Assembly: GCF_009914755.1 (NCBI RefSeq) | Contig: NC_060933.1 | Source of the DNA: the human T2T-CHM13v2.0 reference genome, Homo sapiens | Strand: one strand, 5' to 3' | DNA length: 64,000 nt | Shown here: positions 14,372-30,770 of the stretch, piece by piece | Layout of the letters: each line of letters opens with the position of its first letter | Position numbering within the stretch: position 1 is the first letter of the stretch | The notes under the pieces: generated by a model | Databases searched by the model: none | What the model was told of the DNA's origin: nothing | Seen by the model: only the letters and a program-made list of their open reading frames with translations | Program-made: the position numbers and the translations under genes

Positions 14372-14999
14372 AATATGTATGGATATATGTGTGTGTATAT
14401 GCATGTGTGCAAGAATATTTAAGTTAGGGGAGAAGGATACATCTTTCTCGGTGTATAAACCTGTTGCAGATTATTTATGGAAATATTTAAGTCTATTAGT
14501 GCACAATCATGGGGTGACTGAGCCATTGAGAGAACTGAATTCTGGTGGATTTATTTTCTTAATTTTTATATCAGTTTCTGCTTCTGTGCAGCATTAAAAC
14601 AAATTGGAAGTGTGATAAGGGTAAATCAGTACTTGTATTAATTCACAGCTACATGATTATTTGGTGATAATTTTTATTTCCTTATTTATTCTACTTGAAT
14701 AATCAGTTCTGGGATTTGCTGTGACTTGTGTTACATTTTTTTCTCATGGGGTTATTGTCTTTTTCTTATTGCTTTTTGGGCATTCATTACTTATTTTGGA
14801 TACTAATACTTCATATCTTATAAATACCTTCTGTTCTACAGACGTTGAATAAAGAAAACTGGAATTTCAAAAGTTTGTGAATTTTGGTAGTCATTTTATT
14901 ATTTTCTTCTCAAATGTTTAAAGGTTTTATATGACAAAGTTTTTCCCACCCTAAAGTCTTTAATCTATTCATAATTTATTTTTGGATGTGATGGTCCAC

Positions 15000-15435
15000 A
15001 TCATTTACTCAATACCCACGGAAGCAGCAAGATTGTTCACTGATCTTCTCCCAGCTTTCTCCCATGAAGCATGGTCATAAAAGAATTCTCATAGCTACCT
15101 TCCTGGAAAGTAGATCTTATGACCCTCATTCAGAGAGGTTCTGTCTTGTACCTAGAGTCCAAGAAGAATCTCAACAAACAGGCCTTTCTAATAAGTTTAT
15201 TTTACCACAGAATCATATGCCTTTGTCCTCCAGTCACAGTTTTGCACGACTGTCCATAAAAATACACAGTTTTCCCTGAGTCTTCTGGTCTTCATTTCCA
15301 ACATCTTCTGTGTCATGTAAAACTTTGGTTAAATAAATGTTATATTTTTCTCTTAGTAATTTATCTTTTATTACTGGGATGTCAGCCATGAACTTTGCCA
15401 TGGGTAAGGAAAAGATACTACTTTTTATTTCCTAC
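15000..15435. mobile_element. Probable ERV1-class LTR fragment
   Basis: LTR-like motifs with aataaa and ...ttcctaca end; interrupts an old L1. Confidence 0.45.
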
Positions 15436-17160
15436 ATGTATATATATTTTCATTTCTCTTGGGTATATACTTAGGAGTGAGATTATTGGGTCATATGGTA
15501 ACTGTTTTTAAGCTTTTGAGGAACTGCTAGACTATTTTCCAAAGCAGCTGCGACAGTTTACATTCAGACACTTTGAGGATTTTGATTTTTCGATGTTCAC
15601 ATCAACACTTGTAATTGTTTGCCCTTTTTGTTATAGCCACCTCAGGAATGTGAAGTGATATCTCATTATGGTTTTTTATTTGTTCGTTTGTTTGAGACAG
15701 AGTCTTGCTCTGTTGCCCAGGCTGGAATACAGTGGTGTGATCTCAGCTCACTGCAACCTCTGCCTTCCCGGGTTCAAGCTATTCTCCTCCCGAGAAGAGG
15801 CAAATTACTACAGGCGCGTGCCACCACATGCAGATAATTTGTGTATTTTTAGTAGAGATGGGGTTTTGCCATGTTGGCCAGGCTGGTCTGGAATCATTGT
15901 GGTTTTGATTTGCATTTTCCTGATGGGAAATGACGGTGAGCATCTTTTCATGTATTACTATCTTTGGAGAAATGTCTATTCAAATCTTTTGTGTACATAC
16001 TGGATCCACGTTCTTTATCAAGATATATACATTGAAACTATTTTTTCTTAAATTCTTTGTTACTTTTTACTCTTTTGATGGTGTTCTTAAAATACCAGGT
16101 TTTAGTTTCGATAATATTTTATTTATCTACTTTTTTTGGTGTTACCCATGCTTTTGATGTCATATCTAAGAAACCATTGCTAATCCAAGGTCATGAAGAT
16201 TGACACCTTTGTTTTGTTCTAGGAGTTTTATAGTTTTATGTCTTACATTTCATTCTTTGATACATTTTGAGTTAACTTTTGAATATGGTGTGAGATACAG
16301 GCCTAATGTCATGCTTTTGTATGTGTTATTTAGTTGTTTCAGCACCATTTGTTGAAGAAAATTCTTTTTTCCCCACTGAATTGTCTTGATACCATTATTG
16401 AATATCAGTTGACTGTAAATATAAGGGTTCATTTTTGGACCTCAGTTCTGTTTATTTGATCTATACATCTGCCCTCCTGTCTATGCCACATTTTCTTGGA
16501 TGTTGCAGATTTGTAGCAAGTTTTGAAATTGGGGTATATGTGTCCTCCATATTTTTTCTTTTTCTAGATTAGTTATTCTGGGTCTGTTGTATTTTCATAT
16601 GAATTTTACAATTATCTTTTTTCTTCTGGCCAAAAAGGCCATCAGAGAGTTTAATAGAGATTGCCTTGAATCAGTAGATCAGTTTGGGGAGTATTACCAT
16701 CTCAATAATATTAAGAATCTTCTGATCCATCAACATGTGATGTTTTCCACTTATTTTGGTCTTCAATTTTTTCAGTTGTTTTGTAGCTTTCAGGGTATAA
16801 ATTTGCACTTCTTTGGGTAAATGTATTCCTGAATATTTTATTATTTTTGATGCTATTGTAATCGGAACTGTTTTAAATTTTCTCTTCAGATCATTCATTC
16901 ATAATGTATACATACACAATTGAGTTTTGTATACTGATCTTGTATCCTGCAACCTTTCTGAATAGGTTAACTAATTCTGATTTTTTTTTTCTTAGTAAAT
17001 TCCTTAAGACTTTCTACGTATCATATCATGACAGCTGCAAGTAGACATAGTTTCACTTCTTCCTTTCTAATCTAAGTGCTTTTAATTTCATTTTATTTCA
17101 TACTTCCCTGCTGGAAACCCTGGTATAGTGTTAAATAGAGAAAGAGTGGATATCCATGTC
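15436..17160 (-). mobile_element. Old L1M ORF2 3' region (interrupted by an Alu)
   Basis: Degenerate ORF2 peptides on - (16250..16432, 16671..16898). Confidence 0.8.
15672..15889 (-). mobile_element. 5'-truncated Alu (S-type)
   Basis: gagacagagtcttgctctgttgcccaggctgg...ggccaggctggtct; TSD tcatt(a/g)tggtttt. Confidence 0.88.
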
Positions 17161-17392
17161 TTTTCAAATACCTATTTGCCATTTGTTTGTCTTTTGAGAA
17201 ATGTGTATTCACATCTTTTGTCCCTTTTAAAATCAGATAATTAGATTTTTTTTTCACATAGAGTTGTTTGAGCTCCTTATATATTCTGGTTATTAGTCCT
17301 TTGTCAGGTGGATAGTTTGTACATATTGTCCCATTCTGTTCACTTTATTGATTGCCCTCTTTGCTGTGCGGAAGCTTTTTAAGTTGATATGA

Positions 17393-17847
<455 letters not shown>

Positions 17848-18942
17848 TTAATCCATTGTGATTTGAATTTTGTACATGGCAACAGATAGGGGTCTAGTTT
17901 CATTCTTCTGCATATGTATATCCATTTCCCAGCACAGTTAACTGAAGACACTGTCTTCCCAAAGGTATTTTCTTGGCACTTTTGTTAACAGTGAGTTCAC
18001 TGTAGATGTATCACTATATTTCTGAGTTCTCTATTCTGCTCCATTGGTCTATGTGTCTGTTTTTATGACAGTACCATGTCATTTTGGTTATTATAGCTTT
18101 GTAATATGATTTGAAGTCAGGTGATGTGATTCCTCCAGTTTTGTTCTTTTTGCTCAGGATAGCTTTGGCTACTCTGGGTCTTTTGTGATTCCTTATAATT
18201 TTCAGATTAAAAAAAATTCTGCGAAGAATGTCATTAGTATTTTGATAGGGATTGCATAGAATCTGTAATGGCTTTGGGCAGTATGGACATCTTAACAATA
18301 TTGATTCTTCCAATCCATGAGCAAGGTATTTCTTTCCATTTTTTTTTGTATCCTATCTTTAATTTCTCTCATCAATGTTTTATAGTTTTTATTGTAGAGA
18401 TCTTTAACTACTTTGGTTAATTCCTAGGTATATAATTTTATTTGTAGCTATCATAAGTAGGATTACTTTCTTAATTTTTTTCAGATTGTTTGCTGTTGGC
18501 CTATGGCAATGCTACTGATTTTTGTATGTTAATTTTGTATCCTGCAACTTTACCGAATTTATTTATTCATTCTAATAGGTTTTTGGTGGACTCTTCAGGT
18601 TTTTCCAAATATAAGATTATATCATTGGCAAACAAGGATGATTTGACTATTTCCTTTCCAACTTGGATGTCCTTTCTTTCTCTTGTCTGATTGCTCTAGG
18701 GCTTCCAGTACTGTGCTGAACAATAGTGGTGAAAGTGGATATTCTTGTCATGTTTCAGATTTTAGCATCAAGCTTTCAGCTTTTCCACATTCAGTATCAT
18801 ACTAGCTTCTGGGCTGTCATTTATGGCTTTTATTGTTTTGAGGTATGTTCCTTTTATATCCAGTTTTTTGAGAGTTTTTATCATGACACAATGTTGAATT
18901 TTATCAAATGCTTTTTCACCATCAATTGAAATGATCATGTGG

Positions 18943-19303
<361 letters not shown>

Positions 19304-20843
19304 TGATTTGCATATGTTAAACCATCCTTGCATCCCTAGGATAAATTGCACTTGGTCATGATGAATGATCTTTTTGATTTGGTGCTAATATTTTATTGAG
19401 GATTTTTGGTATCAGTGTTCATCAGGAATATTGGCCTGTAGTTTCCTTTTTTTGATGTGTCTTTGTCTGGCTTTAGTATCAGGGTAATACTGGCCTTGTA
19501 GAATGAGTTTGGAAGTATTCCCTTCTCTATTCTTCAGAATAGTTTGAGCAGGATTGGTGTTAGCTCTTATTTAAAAGTTTGGTAGAAATCAGCGGTGAAG
19601 CTGGGAGATGTCTTTTCTGGTAGACTTTAATAAGGCTTCAGTCTCATTACCTGTTATTGATCTGTTCAGGTTTTGGATTTATTCGTGGTTCTGTCTTAGT
19701 AGGTTGTATGTGTCTATGAATTTGTCTATTCTAGATTTTTGAATTTATTAGCATATAGTTGCTCATAGTAGCCATTAATAATCCTTTGAATTTCTGCAGT
19801 ATCTGTTGTAATGTCTACTTTTTCATCTCTGATTTTATTTATTTGGGTTTCTTTTTTTCTGAGTTAATCTGGCTAATGTTTTGCCCACTTAGTTTATCTT
19901 TCAAAAAACCCAGTTTCTTTTCATTGTTCTTTTGTATTGTGTATTTCAATTTCATTGATTTCTGCTCTGATCTTTATTATTTCTTTTCTTCTAATTTTGC
20001 ATTTTGTTTGCTCTTGCTTTTCTAGTTCTTTAGGATGCATTGTTAGGTTGTTTATTTGTTAGGTGCTTTTTTGATGTAGATTCTTACAGCATAAAATTTG
20101 CTTTTAGTACTACTTTCACTGTAGCCCATAGATTTTGGTATGGTGTGTTTCCGTTATCATTTGCTTCTGGGAATTTTTCAGTTTTCTTCTTAATTTCTTC
20201 ATTGACCTACTGGTTATTCAGGAGCATATTGTTTAATTTCCATGTGATGTGTCATTTCCAAAATTTTTCTTGTTACTTATTTCTAGTTTTATTCCACTGT
20301 GGTCAGAGAAGATGCTTGATATAATTTTAGTTCTTTGAATTGTTTACACTTGTTTTATGGTGAACATATGGCCTATCCTTGAGAACGAGCTACATGCTGA
20401 GGAAAGGAATGTGTATTTCGCAGCCATTGGATAAAATATGGTGTAAATATCTATTAGGTACATTTGTTCTGTAGTGCAGATGAGTCTGTTGTTTCTTTGT
20501 TGATTTTTGGTCTGGATTACCTATCCAATGCTGAAGGTGGGGTGTTGAAGCCTCCAGCTGTTATTGTATTGGGGACTATCTTTCTTTAGCTATAATAATA
20601 TTTTCTTTATATATCTTGGTGCTCCAGTGTTGGGTGCATATATATTTATATTTGTTATATTCTTTTGCTGAATTGACCTCTTTATCATTATATAATGATC
20701 TTTATTTCTTTTTATAGTTGTTGTCTTGAAATCTATTTTGTCTGATGGAGGTATAGCTACTCCTGCTCCTTTTTGGTTTTCATTGGCATGGAATATTTTT
20801 TTCACCCTTTTATTTTCGATCTGTATGTATTTTTATAGGTTAG

Positions 20844-21155
<312 letters not shown>

Positions 21156-24100
21156 CCCTGAAGTTTCTTGTAGGCAACAGATCATTGAGTCTTGCTTTTT
21201 AAAAATATATATACGTGGAGAGTTTGGTCTGTTTACCTTCCGCATTATTAGTGAGTGTTTGTTTCATTTACCTGTAGCATTATTATTGATAAGTAAGGAC
21301 TTACTCCTGCCATTTATTATTTGCTTCCTGGTTGTTTTGTGGTCTTCTCTTCCATGTTTTCTTCCTTCTGTTTTTCTTTTAGTAAAGGTGATTTTCTCTG
21401 GTGGTATGATTTAATTTCTTATTTATTTATTTTTGTATCCATTGTATGTGTCTTTATTTGAGGTTACCATGAGGCTTGCATGTACTGTTTTATCACCCAT
21501 TATTTTAAACTGATTACATCTTAACACTGATTGCATATACAATTTAAGAAACACTCAAAGAGAAAACTAATATAAACTCTAATCTTCATCCTGTTTTGTA
21601 ACATTTTGTTCTTTTTATTTATATCTTATTCTACTGTATTATGTTTTGAAAGTTGTCACAGTTATTTTGGTAGATTTACCTTTTATTGCTTTTACTCCAG
21701 ATACGAGTAGTTTACACTACAATTACACTTTTATAATACTCTGTATTTGTCTATATACTTATTATTGCCAGTGAGCTTTGTTCCTTTGTATGACTTCTTA
21801 TTGCTTATTAATGTTGTTTTTTATTTTCTTTCAAATTGAAGAATTTTTTTTAGCGTTCCTTGTAGGACAGATTTGGTATTGATGTAATCCAGCTTTTGTT
21901 TGTCTGGGAAAGTCTTTTGTTTGAAGGATATTTTTGATGGATATACTATTCTATGTTAAAAGTTTTTTTTTTTCCTTCAGCACTTTAAATATGTCATGAC
22001 ACTCTCTCCTGGCCTGTAAAGTTTCCACTGTGCAGTCTGCTGCCAGATGTGTTAGAGGTCCATTGTATGTTATTTGTGTTTTTTTTTTTTTTCTGCTGTC
22101 AGTATCCTTTCTTTATCCTTGGACTTTGGGATTTTGATTATTAAATACCTTGAGGTAGTTTTCTTTGGGTTACATCTACTTCATGGTCTATAACCTTTTT
22201 GTTCTTGGATATTGATATCTTTCCCTAGGTTTGGGATGTTCTCTGATATTATCCCTTTGAATATATTTTCTAGCCTGACCTCTCTCTACCTCTCTTTAAG
22301 GCAAGTAATTGTTAGATTTGCCCTTTCACTTTATTTTCTCAATCTTGTGTGTGTGCTTCATTCTTTTTCCTCATTTTTCTTTTGTCTCCTCTAACTGTGT
22401 ATTTTCAAACAACCCGTCTTCAATCTAACTAGTTCTTCTGCTTGATCATTTCTGCTTTTAAGAGACTGATGCATTCTTTAATATGTCAGTTACATTTTTC
22501 AGTTCCAGAATTTCTGCTTTATTCTTTTTAATAACTTCAATTCCTTTTAAAAATATATCTGTAGGATTCTTAATTCCTTATCTGTGTTATCTTGACTGCA
22601 CTTCCTCAAAGCAACTATTTTGAATTATCTGTCTGAAAGATCACATATCTGTGTCTCTCCACGATTTGCCCTTGGTTATTCATTTAATTCATTTGGTGAG
22701 GTCATGTTTTCTTGAATGGTTTGATGCTTGTGGATATTCATTGGTATCCAGGCATTGAAGAGTTAGGTATCTATTGCATTCTTTACAGTCTGGGATTGTT
22801 TGTACTCATCTTTCTCAGGAGGGCTTTCCTAGTATTCGAAGGGACTTGGATGTTGTGATCTATGTCTTTGGTCATTGTAGCCTTATCTGCATTAGAGGGC
22901 ACCGTAAGCCCCGTAACACTGTGCCTCTTGTAGACTCATAGAAATACTGCCTTGGTGGTCTTGTGTGATATCCGGGAGAATTTCCTAGATTACTGGGCAG
23001 AGACTCTTGTTCTCTTCCCTTACTTTCCCTGAAACAAATGGAATCTTTCTCTATATGAGCTGCCTGGATTTAGTGAATGGGTGACACAAGCACCCCTGTG
23101 ACCACCAACATTGGAAAGGAGCTGGGTCATACTTGAAGCTAGTGCAGCACTGGTTCTCACTAAGGCCCATGGATACCACTGTGTGGTTTTTGCCTGTGTT
23201 TACTCAGGGACTAAGGACTCCACAATCAGCAATTCGTTAATCCAGCAAGACCTGTGTCCTTCCCTTCAGTACGGCAAGTTTGCCCTGGCCATGTGTAGAG
23301 AAGCCATCCGGGAGTCAGGGCCTGGAGTCGGGAAAAGTAGGAATCTACCTGGTCCTCTATTCCATTATGGTTGAGCTGGCAACCAAGCATCAATACAAAG
23401 TCCTTCCCACTCTTCTCTCCCTTTTCTTCAAGCCGAGAAGTCTCTCCACACGTCCATCACCCAAGGGCTCTTTAGTCAGCAGGAGATGAATCCTGTTGGG
23501 ACCAGGTCTCTCCCTCAGAGGAGTGTTTTTTTTTTCTGGTCCAGGGCATGGTTAGAAATGTTGTTCAGGAGCTAGGTCCTGGAATGCGTGCCTCAGGGCA
23601 CTCCCTGGTGCCTTATTGTAATTTGGCTCAGCTGGTGTCTAAGTTGCAAGACTAAGTCCTCTTAATTCTCTACTCTCCTTTAGCAGAAGGTACGAGTCTC
23701 TCCTGGAGCTGTGAGCTGCACTGCCTTTGCTTAGATGATGGGTGATACAAGTATTCCCTGTGCTGCCCTGGGTGGTATTTTATTAGGTCACATGCACCTC
23801 ACGTCCACTGGCTCTGAGTCTAGCACACCACCAAGACTGCCTGGGAATTGCAATCCTTGTGGCCTAGACTGCCTTTCAAGTTTATTTAGGACCTCAGATC
23901 ACCTTAGCTCATTGTGACAGGGCTTGCCTGAACTCAGATTCCAACTGCTGGGTTGGGAGATTTGCTTCTGGCTAGGGCTGGTCTACATGTTCCCTCCATG
24001 GTGCCAGCTGAGTTCTGCCCCATATTGCTTTCTACTATGACAGAGTAGCACTGAGTTGTAGTGCAAAGTTCCACAGTCCCTGTGCTCTGCCTCTCCCAAT

Positions 24101-24469
24101 AACACAATTTCTGTCTCTGCACCATGCAGCTACTGTTGGGGGATAGGGAAGGGGTTGTGTGTGTTACTTGAGACTGTCTGTCCTTCCTTCTTCAGTGCCT
24201 CTTTCTTTAATACGATGTTAAAACCAGGTACTGTGATTGCTCACCTGAGTTTTGGTTCTTAAGAAGGTACTTTTTTGTGTGTGGATAGTTGTTCAATATG
24301 GTGTTCGTGCATGGAGAATGATTGCTTGAGGCTTCTATTTAGCCATCTTGCTCCACTTCCTCTCACCAGGTGTTTTTCATTATGAAGGGAATATTGGATT
24401 TTGCCAAATACTTTTACTTTTTTTTTTTTTTTTGCATCTATTGAAATGATCATGTGGTTTCTCTGTTCT

Positions 24470-24763
24470 TTCTTTTTTTTTTTTTTTGAGACAGGGTCTC
24501 ACTCTGTCAGCCAGGCTAGAGTGTGGTGGGATGACTCAGCTCACTGCCACCTCTGCTTCCTAGGCTCAAACAATCCTCCAACCTCAACCTTGGAAGCAGG
24601 TGGTACTACAGGCATCAGCCATCAAGCCTTGCTAATTATTTGTAGAGACAGGGTTTTGCCATGTTGCTTTGGCTGGTCTCGAACTCCTTAGCTCAAAGCG
24701 ATTCACCTACCTCAACCTCCCAAAATGTTGGGATTACATAGGCGTGAGCCACTGCACCCAGCC
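24470..24763 (-). mobile_element. AluJ-type SINE
   Basis: gagacagggtctcactctgtc...gagccactgcacccagcc. Confidence 0.9.
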
Positions 24764-25930
24764 TCGTCTTTCACTATACTGGTGTGGTGTACTCTATTAA
24801 TTGATTTTTTTGATGTTAAACCAACCTTACATTATTGAGATACCTTTATTTTACACTTGCTTTGGTATAAGGATTATGCTGTCCTTACAGAATGAGTTAG
24901 GATGTATTTACATCCTCTTCTAGTTGTTATAACAGTTTTAGAGGGTTTGGTATTCTTCTTCAGAAGTTGGGTAGAATTCACCAGTGAAGCTACCTGTCCC
25001 TGAATTTTTCTTTTTTGGGAGATTTTGATAACTGATTCAGTCTCTTCATTTGTTATATTGGTTAAGACTTTTCTTGAGTCAGTTTAGGTAATCCAGGTGT
25101 TTCTAGCTATTTGTCCATTTTATCTAAATTATTTAATTTGATGGAAAATTATAATTTATAAATATTTATAATTATAAATATATTTAATAATTTATTATAT
25201 AAATATAGAATATATACTAAATAAATGGAATCAAAATGTGTCACTATAAAAAATCAACTAAGAAAATCAATAATAGAAGAAATGAAGGACAAAAATGCTG
25301 TTTTATGTATATAGAGAAAAAATAATAAAATGGCAGCTTCCTTATTAATACTTACTCTAACTATCTAATAATCCATTTTATAAGGTATTTAGCATTATGC
25401 AAACCTGAACGGACCAGTAATGAGTAGCAAGATTGAGTCAGTAACAAAAAGTCTTCAAACAAAAGCCCAGAATAAGATGGATTCATTGTAATATATCTAA
25501 TAATTCTTTTTATTATCTTATAATCATTTTTATTTCTTTATAGTTAATCATAGTGTTCTCATGTCATTTTGGATTTTAGTTATTTGCATCCTTTTTTTTC
25601 TTTAGTAATCTAGCTAAGGGTTTGCAAAATTGAACATTCTTTTAAGGAAATAAACTTCTGCTTTGATTCTCAATTGTTTTTCCATCCCTTCTCCTTTTAA
25701 AATTTCAACTCTAATATTCATTATTTATTTTCTTCTATGTTTGAGTTTAGTTTGCTATTCTGTTTCTGGGTTCTTAAGTTACTAGGTTCTCAAGATACAA
25801 ACTTAGGATATTAATGAGATACATCTTTTTAAAATGTAGGTTCTTATGGCTATAAATTTCCTTCTGAGCAACTGCATTTGCTACATGGTATAGTTTTGTC
25901 GTGTTGTGTTTCTTTAAAATTCATCTCTAA

Positions 25931-26285
<355 letters not shown>

Positions 26286-28229
26286 TGAGTGTGTTTTTAA
26301 ATTTCCACATACTTGTGTATTTTCCTTTTTCCCTTCTGCTGTGGATTTCTAGCTTCATTCCATTTTATTTAGAGAAGATCCTTTGTGTTATATTACTGTT
26401 TTAACATTTTTTGTCAGTTATTTTATGGCTTAACTTATGGTGTGTCCTGGTGAATGTTTCATATGTACTTGAGTAGCACGTTTATTCAGCTGTTTTGGGA
26501 TAGAGTATTTCGTATATGCCTTCTAGGTGTATCTAGTATGTAATGTTGTTTAAGCCATCTTTATCCTTAATAACCTTCCATGTAGATGCTTTTTCAGTTA
26601 TTTAATGTGGAATATTGAATTTTCAACTATTATTGTAAATTTTTCTGTTTCTCTGTCAATTCTTTAATTGTTTGCTCTCTATATTTTGGGGCTCTGTTGT
26701 TTGGTGCCTACATGTTTATTATTGTTATAACTTCTCGATAAGTTGATTATTAGATCTTTTGTCTCTTGTAACCATTTCTGCCTTAAAGTCTCTTCTTTCT
26801 GATATGATTATGTCTACCCCAGCTCTCTTCTGGTTACTATTTTCATGGAATATCTTTTTCCATCATGTTCCTTTTAACTTGTTTGTATCTTTGGATTTAA
26901 AGTGAGTCTTTTGTAGATAACATATTGTTGTAGAATGTTTTCTTTATGTTTTATGCCAATCTCTTTTTTTCTGACTGGAGAATTTAATTCATATATATTT
27001 AGAGAAATTATTAATGAGGAAGAACTAACTTCTGCCATTTTTTCTTTTTACAGCTTTTTATGTCTCTCATTTCCTCTGTTATTGCTTTCCTTAGTTGATT
27101 TTTTCTAGTGACACATTTCGATTTTGTTTGTTTAGTATATATGTTATTGATAATTTCTTTGTGCTTACCATGTAGATTGCACATATCTTTCTAAATTTAT
27201 AGCAATAAAATTTGAATTGATACAAAGTGTTTTTGATAGTATACAAAACTGTTCTCCTCTACAGCTTTGTCCATCCATTTTATGTTATTGTTGTCACAAG
27301 TTATATCTTACACATGTGTACTTAATGTGTAAAAAGTTTATACACTATTTATGTAGTTTTTATGTAGTTTATATAGTTTTTATGTGTTTGTTTTTGAAAT
27401 CATATAGGAAATAATAAGGATAATTAGAAGCCAAATAGGTAATACTGGCTTTTATATTTGCTCACCTATTTACCTTTACTAGAAGTCTTTATTTCTTCAT
27501 ATGGATTTGAGTTACTGCTTTACATCCTTTCATTTCAATCTGAAGGATTCCATTTTGCATTTCTTGTAGTGCATCTGAAGTGGTAATGACTTCTCTCAGT
27601 TTTTATTTGTAAATGTCTTAATTTCTCCCTTTTTAAGGACAGTTTTTGCTGGATAGAAAATTCAAGGTTAATATTTGTTTTTTCCTTATTACGTTAAATA
27701 TGTTATCTCAGTGCCTCTGTACTTCATGGTTTCTGGCAAGAAATCAGCTTTTACTCTCATTAAGGATGCCATGTATGTGATGAGTCACTTCTTTCTTGCT
27801 ACTTTGAAGATTGTCTCTTTTTTGTAGGCTGAATTTCAAGAGTTTGATTATAATGTATCTCAACATGAATCTATTTTGTTGATCTTACTTGGAGTTTATT
27901 GAGGTTTTTGGATTTGTAGATTCATATCTTTCATCACATTTTGGAAGTTTTGGGCCATCATTTATTCAAATAGTATTTCTACCATTTTCTTGGTCCCTTC
28001 TCCTGTTGGGATTCCCATAATATGTGTGTTGGTCTGCTTGGTGGTGTCCCACTGATCACTTTTTTTCTTTTTTCTCTCTTTATGCTCTTTAGACTCAATG
28101 ATTTTAATTGTTCTATCTTGTAGTTATCTAATTACTTTTTGTGCTGAAATCTGCTGCTGAACCCTCTAGTGAAAATTTTATTTCAGTTGTATTTTTCAGC
28201 TCCTGAATTACTTTTGTGTGTGTATTTTG

Positions 28230-30770
28230 TTCCTTTTTTTCCCTTTCATTGATATGTAATAATCTACCTATTTATGGGCTATATGTGAGTGTTTGTTACA
28301 TGCATATAATTTGTAATGATGAAGTCAGGGTATTTGGGGTCTCCGTCACCTTGAGTTTTTATCAGTTGTATGTGTTGGTATCATTTATAGTCTCTTTCAG
28401 TTGCTTCGAAATACATGTGACGTTGTTCCCAAGTATAGGAACCTGAGTGTGCTATCAAACACTAGAACTTATTTCTTCCATCTAACTGCATATTAGTTCC
28501 AATAACCAACCTTTATACATTCCCACTCTCCCACTTTCCCTTCCTAGTATATGGTATCTATCACTGTATTCCCAAGCACCACGAGATAAGGTTTTTAGCT
28601 TACAGATGTGAGTAAAAATATGCAGTATTTGTCTTTCTCTGCCTGCCTTATTTATTGTAATGACCTTCAGTTCCATCCATGCTACTTCAAATGGTATGAT
28701 TTCATTCTTTTTTATGTCTAAGTAGTATTCCATTATTTATATATACACCACATTTTCTTTATGCATTACTTTGGTTTGTGGATACTTAGGTTGATGCCAT
28801 ATCTTTGCTATTATGAATAATGCCACAATAAATGTTCAATTGCAGCAACCTATCTCTTTGATATACTGATTTCTTTTCCTTTGGATAGATACCCAGTAGT
28901 GGGATTGTGGGATTGTATGGTAGGTCTGTTTGTTTTTTTGAGAAATTTCCATACTCTTTTTCTTAGTTGTTACACTAATTTACATTTTCACCAACAGTGT
29001 ATAAGAGTTCTGTTATATACGCTGTTGTATCCTCACTTACATCTGTTATTTTCTGTCCCTTTAATAATAGTCATTCGAACTAGGATGACATGACATCTCA
29101 TTATGGTTTTGATTTGCATTTTCCTGATGATTAATGATGCTGAGCATTTTTCATATACCTGTTGGCCATGTGTATATCTTCTTTTGAGAAATGTCCATTT
29201 TTGTACATGTTATAATGTGATTTTTTAAAAACTGTTGAGTTCTTTGAGTTCCTTGTCGATTCTAGTTACTAGTCCCCTGTTGACTGAGTAATCTGCAAGT
29301 ATTTTAACTCATTCAAAAGGTTTCTTGCTACTTTGAAGATTGTCTGTTTTTTGTAGGCTGAATTTCAACCTATTTTTTCTTTTGCTGTGCAGAAGGTTTT
29401 TATTTAATATAGTTCCATTTCTCTATTTTTATTTTTGTTGCCTGTGCTTTTGAGTTCTTAGGCATAAAATCTTTGCCTAGACCAATGTCTTGGAGAGTTT
29501 TCTCTATGTTTTCTTCTAGTATTTTTCTGTTTCCATGTATTACAATTAAGCCTTTAATCCATCTTAAGTTTATTTGTTGTATGGTGAGAGATGTGTCCAG
29601 TTTCATTCTTTTACTCATGGTTATCTAGTTTTTCTAGCACCATTTATTGAAGAGGCGCTATCCTATTCTATCGCCAATGTATATTCTTAGTTGCTTTGTT
29701 GAAGATCAGTCAGCTATGAATTGGTGGATTTACTTCTGGGTTCTATATTTTGTTTCATTGGTCTATGTGTCTATATTTATACCAACACCATGCTGTTTCA
29801 GTTAATATATCCTTGTAATATGTTTTGAAGTCAGATAGTCTCATACCTCCAGCTTGGTTCTTTTGCTCAGGATTGCTTTGGGTATTCAGGCTCTTTTTTG
29901 GTTCCATATCAATTTTAGAATTGTTTTTTCTATTTCTGTGAAAAATGATGTTGGTAGTAATAGAGATTGCATTGAATCTAGATTGCTTTGGGCAGTTTGG
30001 TCATTTTAACAATATTAATTAATCTGACCCATGAGTGTGATATGTTTTTCTTGTTTGTGTCCTCTTCAATTTCTTTCATCAGTGTTTTGTTTGTTTGTTT
30101 TGTAGAGATCTTAACCCTCCTTGGTTAAATTTAATCCCAGATATTTATTTGTGTTTTCTGTAGCTTTTGGAAGTAGAATTGCTTTTTTGATTTCTTCTTC
30201 AGCTATTTCATTACTAATGTATGGAAATGCTACTTATTTTGTACATGATTTTGTATCCTGCAACTTTACTGAATTTATTTATCAGTTCTGGAGTTTTTCT
30301 GGTAGAGTCATTAAAAAAAGAAAAAGATGTAAGATCATGTTGTTTGCAAAGAGGGACAGTTTGACTTTCCCTTTTTCAAACTGGATGTCTTTTCTATTGT
30401 TTTTTTTTTTCTTTTGCCTGATTGCTCTGACTGGGACTTCCAGTACTGTGTTGACTAGAAGTGGTAAAACTGGGCATTCTTGTCTAGTTTAAATTATTAT
30501 AGGAAAGGTCCTTAATTTTTCCCCATTTAATAGGATGTTAGTTATATGTTTGATATATATGGTCTTTATTATTTGGAGGCATGTTCTTTGTTTGCCTAGT
30601 TTGTTGACAGTTTCTATAATGAAGGTGTGTTGAATTTTATCATGATTTTTCTGTATTAATTGAGATGATCAGATTATTTTTGTCCTTCAGTTCATTGATG
30701 TGATGTGTTACATTTGTTGATTTGTATATATTGAATCATCCCTGCATCCCTGGGACAAATCCCAGTTGAA
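28230..30770 (-). mobile_element. L1MA-type 3' part (3'UTR plus ORF2)
   Basis: L1MA 3'UTR text at 28250-28620; ORF2 peptides 28482..28733 and 29400..29618. Confidence 0.8.
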
